DNA from: Camelus dromedarius
Lineage: Eukaryota
Direction of reading: 5' to 3'
Length of the DNA stretch: 64,000 bases
Assembly: GCF_036321535.1 (NCBI RefSeq)
Contig: NC_087436.1
Location: 62,250,001 to 62,314,000, forward strand
Of this stretch, positions 51,965-64,000 are shown in pieces. A program made the position numbers and the translations under genes. The notes under the pieces are model-generated. The model was not told the DNA's origin and ran no database searches. It saw only the letters and a list, made by a program, of their open reading frames with translations. Positions within the stretch are counted from its first letter, which is position 1. Every line of letters begins with the position of its first letter.

Positions 51965-52850
51965 ACTTAAACTTCTTATTTTGGAACAATTTTAGATTTA
52001 CATAAAAGTTGCAAAAATAGTACAGAATAATCTCTTACACCATTTTATTCAGCTCCCCTAATGTTTTCATTTTACATAACCATGGTGTATTTATCATAAT
52101 CAAGAAATTAACATCAGTAAAATACTATTAGCTAAGCTATTGAGCTATAGCTATTATTTAAATTTTGCCAGCTTTTCCCAATAATATCCTCTTACTGTGC
52201 CAAGATTCAATCCTGAATGTTACATTCCATTTAGTTATTATGACCTCATAATGCCCCAATATGTGTGTTTCTTTACTTTTCATTATTTTTCTTAAACTTG
52301 CCACTTTTGAAGAGTTAGCGGTTCAACATTTTATAGAATGTCCATTGATTTGGCTTTGTCTAGTGATTTCTCATCATGAGAGTGGGGTTATTGATTATAG
52401 GGAGAATACAAGGGAGATCTTGCTGTATCTTCAGTAATTAAGTAATATTAACAGGAATTATTATTGGTGTTTGACACTGGAAATTTCTTGTCTATTATTT
52501 TGTCCAGTATTTCTTCCTCCTCATTCATTCTGTCTTCTCATTCTGATTCCATTTATACATATATTAATCCTTTTTTACAGCATGTCACAGGTCTTGAATA
52601 GTGTGAGTTATTTTGTTTTTGATTTTTGCTTTTTTTTAACCTTTTTCTTATTGGCATTGCATTTGGGGTGGTTTTTATTGACCTATCTTCAAATTCACTG
52701 ATTTTTTTCTTCAACAATGTTGAGTCTATTGATAACTCTATTAAGTAATTTTTCATTTCTGTTAGTGTTTTGTTATTTCTAGCATTTCGGTTTATTCTTT
52801 CATATAGTTTCCACACCTCTGCTGAAATTACTAATCTGGTATTGCATTGA
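51965..52850 (-). mobile_element. Old LINE-1 fragments (3'UTR, then ORF1 coiled-coil)
   Basis: tttagatttacataaaagttgcaaaaatagtacaga; ORF 52553-52816 resembles L1 ORF1 (TEMKN...KISEFEDRSI). Confidence 0.78.
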
Positions 52851-53654
52851 TTATCTAATATTGCTTCTACAGTCTTTCTTGAATCTCCTAGGGCAGAGTA
52901 ACATTTGGGTTCTGATAAAATTTAAGCACACTTCTGTCAGTGTGATTATCATATTACAAAGGAGAGCATTAGAACTACCCAAGGGCAAGGAATTTGTCTT
53001 GTCTTTATTTTTATCACTAGAAGTTATCACAGTGACTAGTGTAAATGATTAATGAATGGTGTATTAATAAAGGTTTAAATAATATTTTTATATAGCCCTT
53101 AAAATATTACTGTTATTGACACCTAATATTAGTACACTATATTAAGTATATAAGAAGTGACTAGTATACTTAACTGAAACTTAATACAGACTCAGCAGAT
53201 AAGTGAATTGATGAATGGCTATGTTTATTATTAAATATCTTTGCCTATTTTATTTCTTCAACTGTGAAATTGCTAATAAGTAGCTTTGGAAGAGATCACA
53301 TCATTCTAACCTCTAACATCTGTGAATCATATTTTTTTATTCTAACTTGTGTCTATGTTTCTAAATTAGAGATTTATTGTGAGCACAAAATTTTACAATA
53401 ATCCTGTCTTTCCTTTATTAAAATAGAAATCTTGTCACTTCATCACCAAAAGATTACAATAATAATGAACTCAAATCAAACATCTGCTTTTACAAATACC
53501 GTGCCCTGCACAGACGTAACTTTTGAGAGGATACATCAATAGTAAAGTATCATATGAGCTACTACTTAATATAATTATAAATAAACATATCCAATCTATG
53601 AAACATATTTTGCAAATTTTAGCACAATTGTGTTGTTAGAAGTATGAAATACAC

Positions 53655-54082
53655 CTTTATTCCTATCTCTTTAATAATGTAAAATTAGAGTTTGTTTTGG
53701 TACGAAATGTGCTTATGCTCTTGGAGGTCCTCTGAGATACTTATTTTATGATGGCGTGCTAATTGCTGTAAGGACATTTCTTGATGATGACTGATAATTA
53801 GGATCTCATCTACAACTTCTCTTTCTAGAAGACCTTTCTCAACATTAGCACTTTTGACCTTTTTAATTGCATGGATTAAAGCCAGAAATAGGTGGTTATT
53901 AAAGTTCTCTACTTTCATGCCTAGAGCTTGAAATAATGTTGCTTTTGCAATAGCATTCAGCAAGTTTACATTTCCCTCAGTAAATGTGAGTTTAAAGGTG
54001 GCTCTGATATTCATAAACCTTTCAACTACAGTTAGCAGTTTCTTGGTGTTTACTGAATCCTTCTTGATGCATCCATGACATT
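53655..54082 (-). pseudogene. Best-preserved fossil exon (131 open codons, then a premature stop)
   Basis: ataattag|AA CHGCIKKDSVNTKKLLTVVERF joined to ORF 53685-54014 MNIRATFKLTF...SYQNKL*, continuing FYIIKEIGIK|gtgtat. Unique, non-repeat sequence. Confidence 0.6.
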
Positions 54083-55329
54083 CTAATTATAAATTTAACT
54101 GGATTGCACAAATTCATGTATCCCATTTATTGTAAAAAGCAAGAAAAACTATTTATAAAATTGTCTGCTTTTTCCTCTCTTTACACAAAATTTAAAATGG
54201 CAGCTTTTGGACTTGTCATTCAAATCTGCTAGGATATGACAGTGATAAGAAGCAATATTGAGAATGTGGGGCTGTACTGTAGAATTAAAGGTACTTTTGA
54301 TATACAACCTCTCAATTAGGGAGGTTGCTTACTGTTCATTTCCAGAAAGAGTAAAAAATAACATCATTTGCAAAAAATTTTTATTGACATATGTGCAGGA
54401 AGGAAAACATACTACTTAGGAAATATGGGGTTTGCACAATTACATAGCTATGAATAAAGGATATAATAACTTGTGATACCAGGTATGCATATATACATGC
54501 TTGTATTATGCAGAAATAAATAATAGACATGTTTAAACATGCACACATCTATGAACATTATAATATAAATTAATCACTAAATCATATATACTTTTTTCAT
54601 ATTGCTCATGAAGTTTTTTTTTGACAAATACAGAAACAAGCAAAATCAATGAGATATAAAAGATACTTGGTAACTAACTGCCAAGAAAAGACTGAAAAAA
54701 ATTTAGACCTTTTGATTGCATAACATCATCATAAAATTACATATAAAAGTAATTTTTAAAATAAAGATAAGTAAGAAAACTTACTAAAATGAAACATAAT
54801 AAATTTATTTTCAAATGAACTATCTTGACTATTCTAGCTTCAAGTTGATTACTATTTCTGAGAAAATTGTTATCTTTATCCCTATATATTAATGGAGAAG
54901 TTTATTCAAATACATTTGTGAGGGCCTGGAGCATAGAACAGAAAATATAAATATAGGAAGCTGAAAGCATGTTAATTTCCTAGGTATAGTAGTTGAGACA
55001 ATGTAAATTACAGGGATAAATAATATAATTTAAATGAGAAGAAACGTACTGAGAAATTTCCCAATTCTATTTTAATCAAAGCAGATATGTTCAAAAAGGT
55101 CTTCATGGAATTATAGAGAGTATCAATAGCCAGATTCCTCTAATTGGAATAGTTTTGAAGATTAGCCAAAATTTTCATTGATCACCATAAGAATTAAAAT
55201 TTATGAAATGAAACAAATATTTATAAAGCAAAAAGAAATATTGGAATAAATAATGGCCAAGGGATTTCCAATAATAATGTCAGACACCAAAAATAATTAT
55301 CATATATGAATTGTTAGTACTATGAATAT

Positions 55330-55680
55330 ATTAGCTTTCTCTAGTTAGCAGCAGTACTAAAGAACTCCTAAAATATAACAATATCAAAAGGTTGTTTCTT
55401 GCTCACGTTGTATGTTGCTATGGATCAGATTTGGCTCTGCTTATGAAAGTCTTTATCCAGGATTCAGGCTGAAAGAAAAACCCTAATCTTGCCTCTTGGA
55501 ACTTCTACTCAGATGTGGCTTATGTCACTTCTGTGCATATTTCCTGTTCTAAAGCAATAATATGTCCAGTCCTAAAATCATTGAGATAAGTGTGTTCCTC
55601 CAATAGAGATAGTCTCTGTAAGTACAGAACTGAAGAGATACCTAGATATTTTGAACAAATATGACAACATATTGCAGAAA
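55330..55680. mobile_element. MaLR LTR (MLT1-like)
   Basis: aaggttgtttcttgctcacgttgtatg...tccaggattcaggctga...tgtcacttctgtgcatatttcc. Confidence 0.65.
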
Positions 55681-56519
55681 ATTTTGTGGAAATATTTTCA
55701 AAAGTTCTTAAATCCAGAAAGAGAAACTTGGTTCTATATGTGACATTACCAAATAGTACATTTCATTGTGGATTCTTTAGGAATTTCTTATTGTCTATCA
55801 GGCTCTAAGGAAGCCGATTTGGAAAAGAAAAATCATTATATCCCCATTAAAGAGTATATATGAACTACAGAAAAATCAGTAATACTTGGAGTTCAGACAG
55901 TTTAGGAACATTAGTCTTAGGAAATATGTTTGGGGCCGGAGAGATTGTGTGTTATTGTCAAAGATGCTGGGTGGTGAAGTAGTTGGGTCACTTCTGAAAA
56001 CATATAAGGGATGATTAGCTATGGAATTAAGTAGATGGAACCCATAAATCAAGAACATATGTTGAAAGACTCTACACAGAATAGCCAGTGAAATAACTTT
56101 CTTAGTACATCTGAGTAAAGGGCTATGTGACAGCTACATTTAGAAAAGTGTCACCTGAGGAAATACCTCCAATTACAATCTCAGGGTTAATTATTTGATT
56201 TGGGTGTTAAGTGAATCTCTGGATATTCTGACTCTTTATTCCATATTTCAGTGATTTTAATTGATGCTGCAAAATGTAAGAGATTAGCTACCACTGTTGT
56301 GAATTGGGCTAGTGTAGGAAATGGTGAGAAAAGTAGAAGGGTAACTCCTCTCAGGAGCCTTGCAACAAAATTCCACCCACAGCAGTGTTTGTTGTGACAC
56401 TAATATATTTTCACATAGCTTTAGGAACTAAATAATTTTCGTGGAAAAGGGAAAGTATTTATGCTAAATGGTCGATAAATTGTCTTTCCCCAAATTTTAG
56501 TTTATTCATTTATTTACAT

Positions 56520-57470
56520 ATATATTTATTTGTATTGAAGTACAGTAGATTTACAATGCTTTGTTAATTTCTGTTGTACAGCATAGCTATTCATATATAT
56601 ATTCTTTTTCATATTCTTTTCCATTATAGGTTATTACAAAGTATTGAATATATCTCCCTGTGCTACACAGGATAAACTTGTTGTTTATCTATTTTATATA
56701 AAGTAGTTAGTATCTACAAATCCCAAACTCCCAAAATATCCCTTCTCACCTCCTCTCCCCCTGGTAAGCATAAGTTTGTTTTCTATGTTTGTTGATCTGT
56801 GAGTCTGTCTTTGTTCTGTATATAAGTTCATTTGTGTCCCCTGTTTTTTTTTCTTTTTAGATTCCATATATAAATGATATCATATGATATTTTTCTATCT
56901 CTTTCTGGCTTATTTCACTTAGTATGATGATCTCATTTGATCATGTTGCTGCAAATGGCATTATATTATTATTTTTTATGGCTGAGTATTATTCTATTAT
57001 ATACATACCACAGCTTCTTTTTCCAGTTATCTGTTGACAGACATTTAGATTGTTTCCATGTCAGCTATTGTAAATAGTGCTGCTATGAACGCCGAGGTGC
57101 GTGTATCTTTCGAATTAGAGTTTCCTCAAGATAAATGCCCAGGAGTGGGATCTCTGGATCACAGGGTAAGTCTGTGTTCAGTTTTTTTAGGGGATTTCCG
57201 TACTGTTTTCCATAATGGCTTCACCAAACTACATTCCCACTAACAGCATAGAAGATTTCCCTTTTCCCCACACCATCTCCAACATTTACCACTTGTGACT
57301 TTTTTAATGATGTCCTTTTTGACTGATGTGAGGTGATACCTAACTGTGGTTTTGATTGCATTTCTCTAATAGTTAGTGATACTGAGCATTTGTTCATGGG
57401 CCTGTTGGCCATTTGTATGTCTTTATTGGAGATATGTTTGTTTAGGTCTTCTGCTCATTTTTGGATTGGG
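56520..57470 (-). mobile_element. LINE-1 3' segment
   Basis: tattgaagtacagtagatttacaatg 3' end; ORF 57221-57412 ([19 protein letters not shown]). Confidence 0.93.
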
Positions 57471-58112
57471 TTTAAATTGTCACTATATTCAGATGACCAT
57501 GATATTATATATAGAAAACCCTAAAGACCCACATAAAAACTACTGGAGCTGAGATATGAATTCAACAAGGTAGCAGGATACAGAAAGTTAAGATACAGAA
57601 ATCTGTTGCATTTCTTTACACTAACAATGAAATATTAGAAAGGGAACTAAAAAAAAAAAAACCTTTTAAAATTGCATCAAAAAATACTTAGTAATAAACC
57701 TGATCAAGGAAGTGTAATTTTTATATGCAGAGAACTATAAAACATTGATTAAGGAAGTTAAAGATGATTTAAAGAAATGGAAAGACATCCTGTGCTCTTA
57801 AATTGGAAGAATTAATGTTGTTAAAATGGTCATACTACCCAAAGCAATCTATAGGCTTAATGTTATCCCTATCAAATTACCCAGGACATTCTTCACAAAA
57901 CTAGAACAAATAATCCTAAAATTTATATGGAATAACAAAAGACCCAGAATTGCCAAAGCATATGGAAGAAAAAGAACAAAGCTGGAGGAATAACCCTCCC
58001 AGATTTCAGACAATATGATAAAACTGCAGCAACCAAAACAATGTGATATTGGCACAAAAACAGACAGGTGGATCAATGGAACACAGTAGAGAAATAAACC
58101 CACACATCTATT
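57471..58112 (+). mobile_element. LINE-1 ORF2 RT segment, inverted relative to 56520-57470
   Basis: Begins [12 protein letters not shown] (the FADD motif region) and runs to DRQVDQWN. Confidence 0.92.
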
Positions 58113-58959
58113 TATAGGTGACCCCATGGATACATTAACATTTAGTGATGAGAAATTAGATGGCATTATAGATCATTCAGCTCATTGCCATAATAATTCT
58201 TCTTTATTTATCCACTATACAAGGGTAATTATACTTTGGAATTTTCTTTGCCAATTTGGGAGAAGTTTTCTTATACATCAGAAGGCTCTATTTTCATACC
58301 GTCTATAGTAATATTTGTAATTACAATATTATTATAATCACTCTACCATCCATTGTGATTAAAGCAAGTTATGGAATGGATTTTAGGGAATGTTTCCCAA
58401 GATAGATATTTCTACTAGTCTTTTATCTTTAAGTTACAAATCTTTTTATTAACATTTTTCTCACTTCTGTTGATGATTTCCTCAAAGTTCATTAAAAATT
58501 GTACCCAATAAATTAGCAGATTGTGGAATAATTAAGAGTCTAAATTAGAATCAAGAGACCAGGTTTACTTTCATACCCCTGTCGCTAATGCATTATAAAA
58601 CTTTAGGAAAACCATTTAACCTGTAGGTGAGTGTACTTGTAATATCTAAGCTCTTTTCAAACTTAAAATTCTTTGCCATCTAAAAAAAAAAACCAGACCT
58701 CCTTTACATTGATACTGTAAAACATGTTTAAAAGATGTCTCATCACTGCAACATGACAAACTTGTAATCGTATCATAAATCATACTGTTTTCTCTATATT
58801 GTTCTAGAAATAGATATGGCAGGGAGAATTGGTAGATACTCTTAAAAATTGTTATTGAAGTTTACCGTGGAGGTGATCAGATAATAATCCTGTGCTTTCT
58901 GAACCAAAAGCTCAATCTTTTCTCACCCACTGAACTCTAAACTAGAGAGAAGTACTACT

Positions 58960-59109
58960 TCTTCCAAAGAGACAGGTAAACTGCATCAACAGTGGAATCA
59001 CCATCACCCTGCTACAATTCCTACTGTCATGCTTATGTCAGATGCGACAAGTTTCAAAAAGATCTGTGCAACTAATATCTGCGTAGCACCTCAAACTCTC
59101 CAGACAATT
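58960..59109 (-). pseudogene. Possible fossil exon
   Basis: Strong acceptor tttttctttgctttag|; all frames broken, no clear motif. Confidence 0.25.
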
Positions 59110-62100
59110 CTAAAGCAAAGAAAAATAGATTCTGTGATTTTTGTTTGATGGTGGGTAAAAATATGATGATACTAAGACAGCAATATAAAGGAATAGAGCT
59201 AGTAGGTACTTGTAAAGCAACTGGAGATTATGTGTAAAATTATTTATTTGATATATGAGGTAAACAGATATTTGAGGGATTTATGGCCTTTATATATCTG
59301 GCACAAACAGTGGACTGATTATTCTCATATTAAGAAAGTGTTATTTTGCAGGGTCCAAAAAGTCATATATTATAATAATACAATCATTTAGAGTCACTAA
59401 GGTGATCTAAATCCTAAGCTAGAATTCTGAAATCAAGGCTCTATTTTCAATTATTTTACTTACTATGCTGTATGTGATAATGGGGGCAATCTCCGAGACT
59501 GTTTATCTCCTGAACAATGCCTATGTTACAAAATAAGGAAATGAAATATGCTTATGTACATTGGAGATTATTGTGTGACCTTTATTTTCAGATATAACTA
59601 TACTTCTTTTAGTTTGTCATGGTGTTTTTATCTAATGCAATTTTGGGGGATAAACTTGGGAAAAAACTCATAATTCCTGACTTCTTTAAAAGGTTATTGA
59701 TTTATTAAAGGGACAAATAAAGTTGATATGAAAGATAAAAAGAATATGAAATCTCCCCCAAACTCCAAACAAACTAAATCATGAGGAAGAAAGAGCTAGC
59801 AAACTGACAAGACCAAAGTGTAACAAGTTTCTAGGTTTATAAGCAGATGATCGGACATCAGGGATGAGGAACAGTGGTCTTTCGAGCTTTAAATTTAGAA
59901 TAGCTTGATTCTTTTTCTTCTCTTAACTAGATCTAGGCATCTACAGTCAGATGAGTTAAATATTATTTATAAAATATAGCTCTCTATACTGTATACATCT
60001 CATATTTATTTCTAGTGTTACCAATTATGTTTTATCTGTCTAGCTCTGGAGATATTACTGATTTTAGCACTACTCTTTTCCAAAAAGTGAGCTGAAGAAT
60101 TTTTAAGTTATTAATTGTGATAATAATTACCTAGACTAGGCAAAAGTAACTATGCTTACACAATTTATTTGTATTTCTATCATGTCTGTCATTTAGCTTT
60201 CAACAAGTCACTTCAAAGGCAGCAGATTTTGATATTTGTATCTGGAGTTAATTATTGGAGTTGATAATTAAAGCTACATTAATTAGAGTGAAGAATGAGA
60301 GGGTCTGAGATAGACAGATGAGAGACAAAGAATCACTTGGGTTGATAATAGAAGTTACATAAATTGGAACTTCAGTATGAGAAATAAAGGAAGAGAGACA
60401 AAGAGAAGAAGTGAGGGTAAGAGAGTTGCTTTAAGTTTGAAAGGCATCTCCAACAAAATAAATCCGTGTGTAATACTAAAGAATTTGGGGTCAGGCTTAG
60501 AACTAAAATATTTCTGTGAATCAGAATTTATGAAATGATCACTGCATGCCCTAAATCCCAATATTTAATGCAGAACTATTTCCCTATTACATATATTCCA
60601 ATTTTTATTCTGAAAGTATAAATTCTAATTGAATATTTTGAGTGTTAGTAATATTATAAACATGATCCAGGTAAAATCTTTCCTTTTTAATAAAATTAAA
60701 AATGTACTTACATATCAAAGACTCATACATGGTATTAGATTGTTGTGAATAATTAGGACCTATCTATACTGGCCTTTGGTTTCAGTCTTTTCTAAACTCA
60801 TTGCAATGTGAAGAATGTATCAAATTTTCTTCTAAATAATATATGGAAATAGGTTGAAATCACATGGAAATATATATCAAAAATTAAACACATAGTTTAC
60901 AGAAAATTTTAAGGGAGAAGTTTATTTTTGGTAAGAACAGGGAGCAATTTAGTTTTATCTCTTTCACGTCTTATTTAGAAAATCAACCAGAGCATCAAGG
61001 ATAGTTAAGAAAAAAAAAGTTTTTTATAAACTACTTTCTCAGCAAAATTAAGACACAGAAAAGTCTCCAAATTTCATATTTGGTGAAAATGTAGCCAAAA
61101 GGATAAGCCAGTCAGAAGCCCACGAAGGACGTCAAGGAAATACCTTGGGGAGGAAAAGTTTCTTTTGATCACATATTTCAGAAATCTTTAGCACATATCC
61201 ATTTCCAAAAGAAAAAAAAGTTTCATTCTGGTAGAAATCAGCAGTAAGTGTAGTATTATCACTGTGGAAAGAGAAGAAAGAAGGCACAAAAGTGCATGGG
61301 AGTGGCAAGAGGTGACTGATCTCATAAAGTCCCGGCCAAATACATAAAGTGCCTACTTTACATTTGAAGAAAGGGCTTTGTCTCTGGTGTCAGCGGCCTG
61401 TAAAGAAATCAAAGAAAACCCAGGTTATCAGTAGAAGTCCTCATGAAATGGATTAGGTTTTAAAGGTCAAAAGAGGGGTGGCTACACAGAGGTGGCATGA
61501 ATTAAGGAGATAGTTCACCACTGTAATAACGGAGGAAGACATTAAACAGTAGAGCCTGAAAAGCTTCCCTCTTTCTGCACTTCCACTGAAACCCCCTGCT
61601 ATTAGTGCAGGAAAATTAATTCAGTCCAACAAAAGTGCCAGAAAAAGAATACTCAAAGCTCCATAGAAGTAGTTATGGGCAAAATATTAAAATAATCTAT
61701 AGAATAATCCTAAAGATTACAAAATATCACCAGAAAAAATCTTTCAACAACAGGAAAAACGTCATGACATAATTCCAACATATTTTTTTCAAAATTAAGA
61801 GATTTACAAAGTAACACCAAAGGTAGACATGTAAAAACTCAAACAATAAACAGAAAGTAGAATCTGATCACTACATAGCAGAGTAATGTAAAATGGGTTC
61901 TGACAAAATAAAAAGTAAAAAGTAAGAATTCATAAGTAAAGAATAAATAAAAAGAAACACAAAAGAAACCAGACATGACAGAAAGCATGTGAGAACATAA
62001 AAGATAGAAAATATTAACACAATGACCCAGAAAAAGAAAGAAGAAGAATGTAGTAAATTAGAATGAAAACTATAGATACAGAATCTAGGAAAAGGCAATC

Positions 62101-62551
62101 TGAAGTATACGTAATTAGAGTTCACAATGAAAAAAGAAAGAAAAACCACTCAAAATATAACTCAAGGTAAGTTTCCTAAATTAATCTAAATTTTGGGATG
62201 ATTTGCCTACAATACAAACTCCAGCATGTGTAGGATGGCATCCAGCTCTCATCATATTGCCCCAGGAGGAAAGAATTGGGACAAAGGGAAAAGAATTCAG
62301 TTATTGTTAGGCATAAGTAATAATAATCTATCTCTTACCCAGAAATCATGCCTATTTTCAGGATAATAAAAATACATACATATATACATACATATATATA
62401 TACATATTTAAATCTTAGGTGTAATAGTGAAAATTATAAACTGAGTATGAATTCAGATTATTCAAAATAAATATATATTCAAAGAAATATTTATTTTTTT
62501 ATTTAAATCTTATCAACTAGTGTTACAATCACCTCCTAATCACTCTGTTGC

Positions 62552-62670
62552 TGTTACCATAGGGAATTCTACCCTAGGGTCAGAAGGGTGGCCAAACACA
62601 TGGCACCAGACACTGGACAGACGAGATCAACAACAGTTTATTAGTCACATGTATTCCAACTTAAGGATCT
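62552..62670. mobile_element. ERVL LTR fragment (MER74/MER73-like)
   Basis: cagacactggacagacgagatcaacaacagtttattagtcacat. Confidence 0.65.
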
Positions 62671-62714
62671 AGAGCAATGTAGCATCTTATAAGACAAGTA
62701 TTGAAAAATAAAGG

Positions 62715-64000
62715 TTTCTGGACTGTGGTCTGCCATGTAAAGAGCTTAGAAGTCCTCATTCTGTCCTAACAACACCAGCAAAAGAAACATAAAGGAACGG
62801 AAAAATCAACAATGCTTCTTGGCTGTCAGAGAAGTGAGATTACAGGGCAAACTGATGTCACCAACAATTGGAGAAAGACAAGTGAATACAGAGAATCACA
62901 AATTACTGGAGGAGAAACCCACCAGCAGAAATCTCTGTGGGAAGAGTGTCAATGCAGGAAAACCAAACTGTAATTGACAAATTGCTGGAGTCTCATTGTA
63001 GACAATTCTGAGAATTAAAAACTCTAGGGAAGCCCAGTCAGAGAGAGCACCCACACTTTTCTGAGTTTTACCACCAGGTAATTGACCAGGTTCCCACAGT
63101 GAATATCACAGAAAAATTCCATTCTGCTTGTGGCAGAAGGACGGGAAAATTAACCATTTTGAAATTGGCCAGAAAAAGTTTTAATAGGACTTTCCCTCAA
63201 GAGAAACTGTTTCACTAGAGCTTAAGCCATTGGGGTTAATTGACCTGGGGCAAGAGATGTATCTAAGTATGGCCTACTCTAGCCATCCTGTCCTAAGATA
63301 AAAGAAAAAAACAACAACTGGGAAGTATTTGCGAATTTCAGAGTTTAGAGGTGTTGTCTAAGTACTTAGACTGAGACAAACATAGGACTACAGAGTATGT
63401 CTTAAGTAATCAAACATTACTACCACACTACTGGAGGTCTATTAACCATCATTTAAAAAAATAATACATCATTTCTGGTTCCTGAGAAAAAAGTTGCTAG
63501 GCATATGAAAAGGCAAGATAAATAAGTAAATAAACAAATAAATATAGAAGTGAAAAAAATTAGAGCAAGCACCAGAACAAAGCATTGCAGAGATGTTGGA
63601 ATTATTATTGGAATGGAAATTTTAAAAAACTATGGTTAATATGCTAAGTGCTCTAATGGATAAAGTAGACAATATACAAGAACAGATGAGTATTATAAAC
63701 AGAGAAATGGAAATCCCAAGAAAGACTCAAAATGAAATGCTAGGGATCAAAAACACTAAATAAGAATGAATGAAAAGGAGAATGGTTTTAGTGGTCTCAT
63801 TAAAAGACTAGATTTGGTTGAAGGAAGACTCTGAGCCTGAGGAAATGTCAATAAATATTTGTAAAACTGAAAAATAAACAGGAAAAATACTGAAAAAAAA
63901 AAAAGAACAGAGTATCCAATAACTGTGCGACAACTACAAAGTGAATAACCTATGCATTATAGGAATATACAAAGCAAAAAAAAAAAAAAAAGAGACAGAG
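62715..64000 (+). mobile_element. Old LINE-1 5'UTR and start of ORF1 (runs off the window)
   Basis: gttaatatgctaagtgctctaatggataaagtagacaatatacaagaacagatg...agagtatccaataactgtgcgacaactacaaa is L1M ORF1. Confidence 0.85.

Larger units (their letters stand above)
130..59109 (-). pseudogene. Candidate decayed multi-exon gene encoding tandem ASH/Ig-like (HYDIN/CFAP47/CFAP65-type) domains; extent may run beyond the window
   Basis: More than 15 unique-sequence blocks on the minus strand, many with a pyrimidine-tract AG acceptor and/or a GT donor. Frames have fewer stops than expected for this AT content, but still carry stops and frameshifts. Recurring motif pattern l.FG.v.vg...l.l.N.g....F.w...i.P..G.l.P.....i.v.F.P seen by manual translation. 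Confidence 0.7.

Noticed and set aside
53685..54014. Resemblance of QLARHHKISISED to a dynein heavy chain (DNAH14) segment
   Set aside because: Only a short motif is similar, the surrounding sequence is not colinear as I recall it, and no AAA or dynein motifs occur elsewhere.
61000..62200. Possible HAL1 or L1 ORF1-like A-rich segment (ORF 61871-62149 antisense)
   Set aside because: Probably an old L1-related relic, but too degenerate to type or bound reliably by eye.
1..64000. CRISPR arrays, operons or prokaryotic defence systems; an intact protein-coding gene
   Set aside because: The sequence is mammalian and repeat-rich, with no repeat-spacer array or gene-dense region. The candidate exon chain contains multiple stops and frameshifts.

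Overview
AT-rich, repeat-dense mammalian genomic DNA. Three tRNA-Ala(AGC)-derived short SINEs resemble the camelid vic-1 family, so the source is probably a camelid (inference). I found no intact protein-coding gene and nothing prokaryotic. Much of the window is recognisable repeat: a deleted ERV1-class provirus (1415-4854, minus), many L1, L2 and MIR pieces, LTR33/MLT/MER74-like LTRs, and hAT/Tigger DNA-transposon relics. The main unexplained signal lies in the unique DNA between the repeats. All across the window the minus strand carries splice-site-bounded, stop-depleted but broken reading frames. By manual translation these repeatedly give the signature of ASH (ASPM-SPD-2-Hydin) Ig-like domains, for example FGKVLV, LLFGSLKLG, GTVHVQNIYLRSITVHN, TLRNKG..F, SPPTGF and ISMSFSPVSE. 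I read this as a large, anciently dead, multi-exon HYDIN/CFAP47/CFAP65-like unitary pseudogene that I cannot assign to a known gene. Secondary points: one ERV LTR is CpG-island-like while its partner is CpG-depleted; a UBAP2L-like 3'UTR retro-fragment sits inside a candidate fossil exon; one L1 keeps only its two ends; one L1 is inverted as expected from twin priming. All translations and family calls were made by eye, boundaries are approximate, and no database search was run.
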